Shown in pieces: positions 63,104 through 64,000 of a DNA stretch of 64,000 bases (position 1 is the first letter of the stretch; each line of letters opens with the position of its first letter). The notes beneath the pieces are model-generated. The model saw only the letters and a list, made by a program, of their open reading frames with translations, was not told the DNA's origin and made no database searches. Source of the stretch: Candidatus Moraniibacteriota bacterium (lineage in GTDB: Bacteria > Patescibacteriota > Minisyncoccia > Moranbacterales > UBA1568); NCBI GenBank assembly GCA_963743885.1, contig CAVURJ010000002.1:241706-305705 (forward strand), read 5' to 3'. A program made the translations under genes and the position numbers.

Positions 63104-63276
63104 TGAAAAAAAGTTGACCCCCACGAGGAACGTGTCCAAGTGAGGGTCGGTTGCGCCTGTCGCGTTGACAGACTGGTTGGAGCGAGATGCTCAGGGGCGG
63201 CGTGCAGGGCGATCGGAGGCCGTTGCTTATTTAGGATAGCAACTATGCCGGTAAACTGTCAAATTCGCTAGTATTC

Positions 63277-63305
63277 TTGCCAAGAGGGGCTTCCTGGGCT
63301 ATACT
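63277..63305 (+). promoter_or_regulatory. Sigma70-like promoter for rplI (TTGCCA, 17-bp spacer, TATACT).
   Basis: Seen in sequence. Confidence 0.45.
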
Positions 63306-63333
63306 GGGACGGTAAATCAGTGATGATGGATGT

Positions 63334-63774
63334 ATGAAGGTTATCCTTTTGGAAAGCGTCGGCGGCCTGGGAAAGGCGGGCGATATCAAGGAAGTGAAGA
63401 ACGGATACGGGCTGAACTATCTCCTCCCTGAGGGGCTGGCAGAGCTCGCGACGCCGCAGATGATCAAGCAGGCTGAGCGGTTCATCGCGAAGCGCGCGGC
63501 CGAGCTCGAGAAGGTGTCGGCAGAGCTCCGGACGATGGCGCAGGGCGTCGAGGGACGTCAGGTGAAGATCAAGACCAAGGCCGAGAACGGCAAGTTGTTC
63601 GGATCGGTCGGGCGCGAGGAGATCGCAGCTGCTTTGACCGCAGTCGGCGCATCTGTAGAAGCGAAGATGGTCGTCATCGAGAAGCCAATCAAGGAAGTCG
63701 GGACCTTTCCGGTCACGGTGGATTTTGGTCATGGAGTGAAAGCGTCTTGCGAAGCGGTCATCGAGGCTGAGTAG
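63334..63774 (+). CDS. rplI: 50S ribosomal protein L9.
   Basis: Starts MKVILLESVGGLGKAGDIKEVKNGYGLNYLLP, typical of L9. Confidence 0.9.
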   Translation: MKVILLESVGGLGKAGDIKEVKNGYGLNYLLPEGLAELATPQMIKQAERFIAKRAAELEKVSAELRTMAQGVEGRQVKIKTKAENGKLFGSVGREEIAAALTAVGASVEAKMVVIEKPIKEVGTFPVTVDFGHGVKASCEAVIEAE

Positions 63775-63876
63775 CCGGACCATCCAAAGCACATTGACAG
63801 AGAGCCGCTTCACTACTGATGGCGGCTCTTTCTCTGTAAAAATATTTTTTACGTAATAAACATAGAGACATTCGGT

Positions 63877-64000
63877 ATGGCCAAGACCAAATACATATTT
63901 GTGGTAGGAGGCGTGATGAGCGGGGTCGGCAAAGGCATCACGACATCGTCGATCGGCAAGATCCTGCAGGCCAAGGGCTTCCGGGTGACGGCGCTCAAGA
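63877..64000 (+). CDS. pyrG: CTP synthase, N-terminal fragment running off the window.
   Basis: [30 protein letters not shown] is the PyrG N-terminus. Confidence 0.8.
   Translation, partial: MAKTKYIFVVGGVMSGVGKGITTSSIGKILQAKGFRVTALK

Overview
This 64 kb window is chromosomal sequence from a moderately GC-rich bacterium. All calls rest on motif recognition in the supplied ORF translations and direct reading of the DNA, because no searches could be run.

Part 1, content. The backbone is a fragmented division/cell-wall (dcw) cluster. One half, mraZ-rsmH-ftsL-ftsI-murF, is separated from the other half, trmD-ftsW-murG-murC-murB, by about 20 kb of envelope-polysaccharide genes: the dTDP-rhamnose genes rfbC, rfbB, rfbD and rfbA, galU, glycosyltransferases, two DUF4012 paralogs, murJ, a Wzz-like protein and a beta-helix protein. 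No murE, mraY or murD is present between ftsI/murF and ftsW. The reduced dcw cluster, an ADP-forming acetyl-CoA synthetase and many small hypothetical genes suggest, as inference only, a Patescibacteria/CPR-like or similarly streamlined lineage. Housekeeping genes (rarA, pepA, glyA, hpf, secA, queA, rplI, start of pyrG, an ADP-forming acetyl-CoA synthetase) and a cluster of small enzymes (cupin, DUF1653, ASCH, HD, NTase, Nudix, L,D-transpeptidase) fill the rest.

Part 2, main finds.
- A roughly 14 kb AT-rich integrated element lies at tRNA-Ala(CGC) (46307-46380). It is bounded by a 15-bp direct repeat of the tRNA 3' end at 60441-60455. It carries a large serine recombinase, a tyrosine integrase with an Xis-like HTH protein, DUF5659 and a 515-aa unknown protein. 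It also carries a Type III R-M pair (mod, res) that runs into a tight operon of a short UvrD-like helicase, a HAD-like protein, DUF4238 and a 66-aa protein, plus a GIY-YIG nuclease. This operon is the best candidate in the window for an undescribed defence system.
- A roughly 60-nt palindromic element is inserted in frame, in the same reading frame, in both rarA and queA (about 80% DNA identity), reminiscent of Rickettsia palindromic elements. queA carries further in-frame hairpin insertions.
- Two multi-copy intergenic repeat families are present. Family A is composite, about 250 bp per module, with three copies. Family B is about 170 bp with two copies and shows compensatory changes, so it may be a structured RNA or MITE.
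- Additional observations: related AT-rich AATTTTMAAT motif arrays upstream of the second DUF4012 gene and of ftsW, TAAAGTT tandem repeats shared by two dcw intergenic regions, a tRNA-Ala 5'-half remnant upstream of the intact tRNA, and several palindromic operator-like sites, terminators and sigma70-like promoters.
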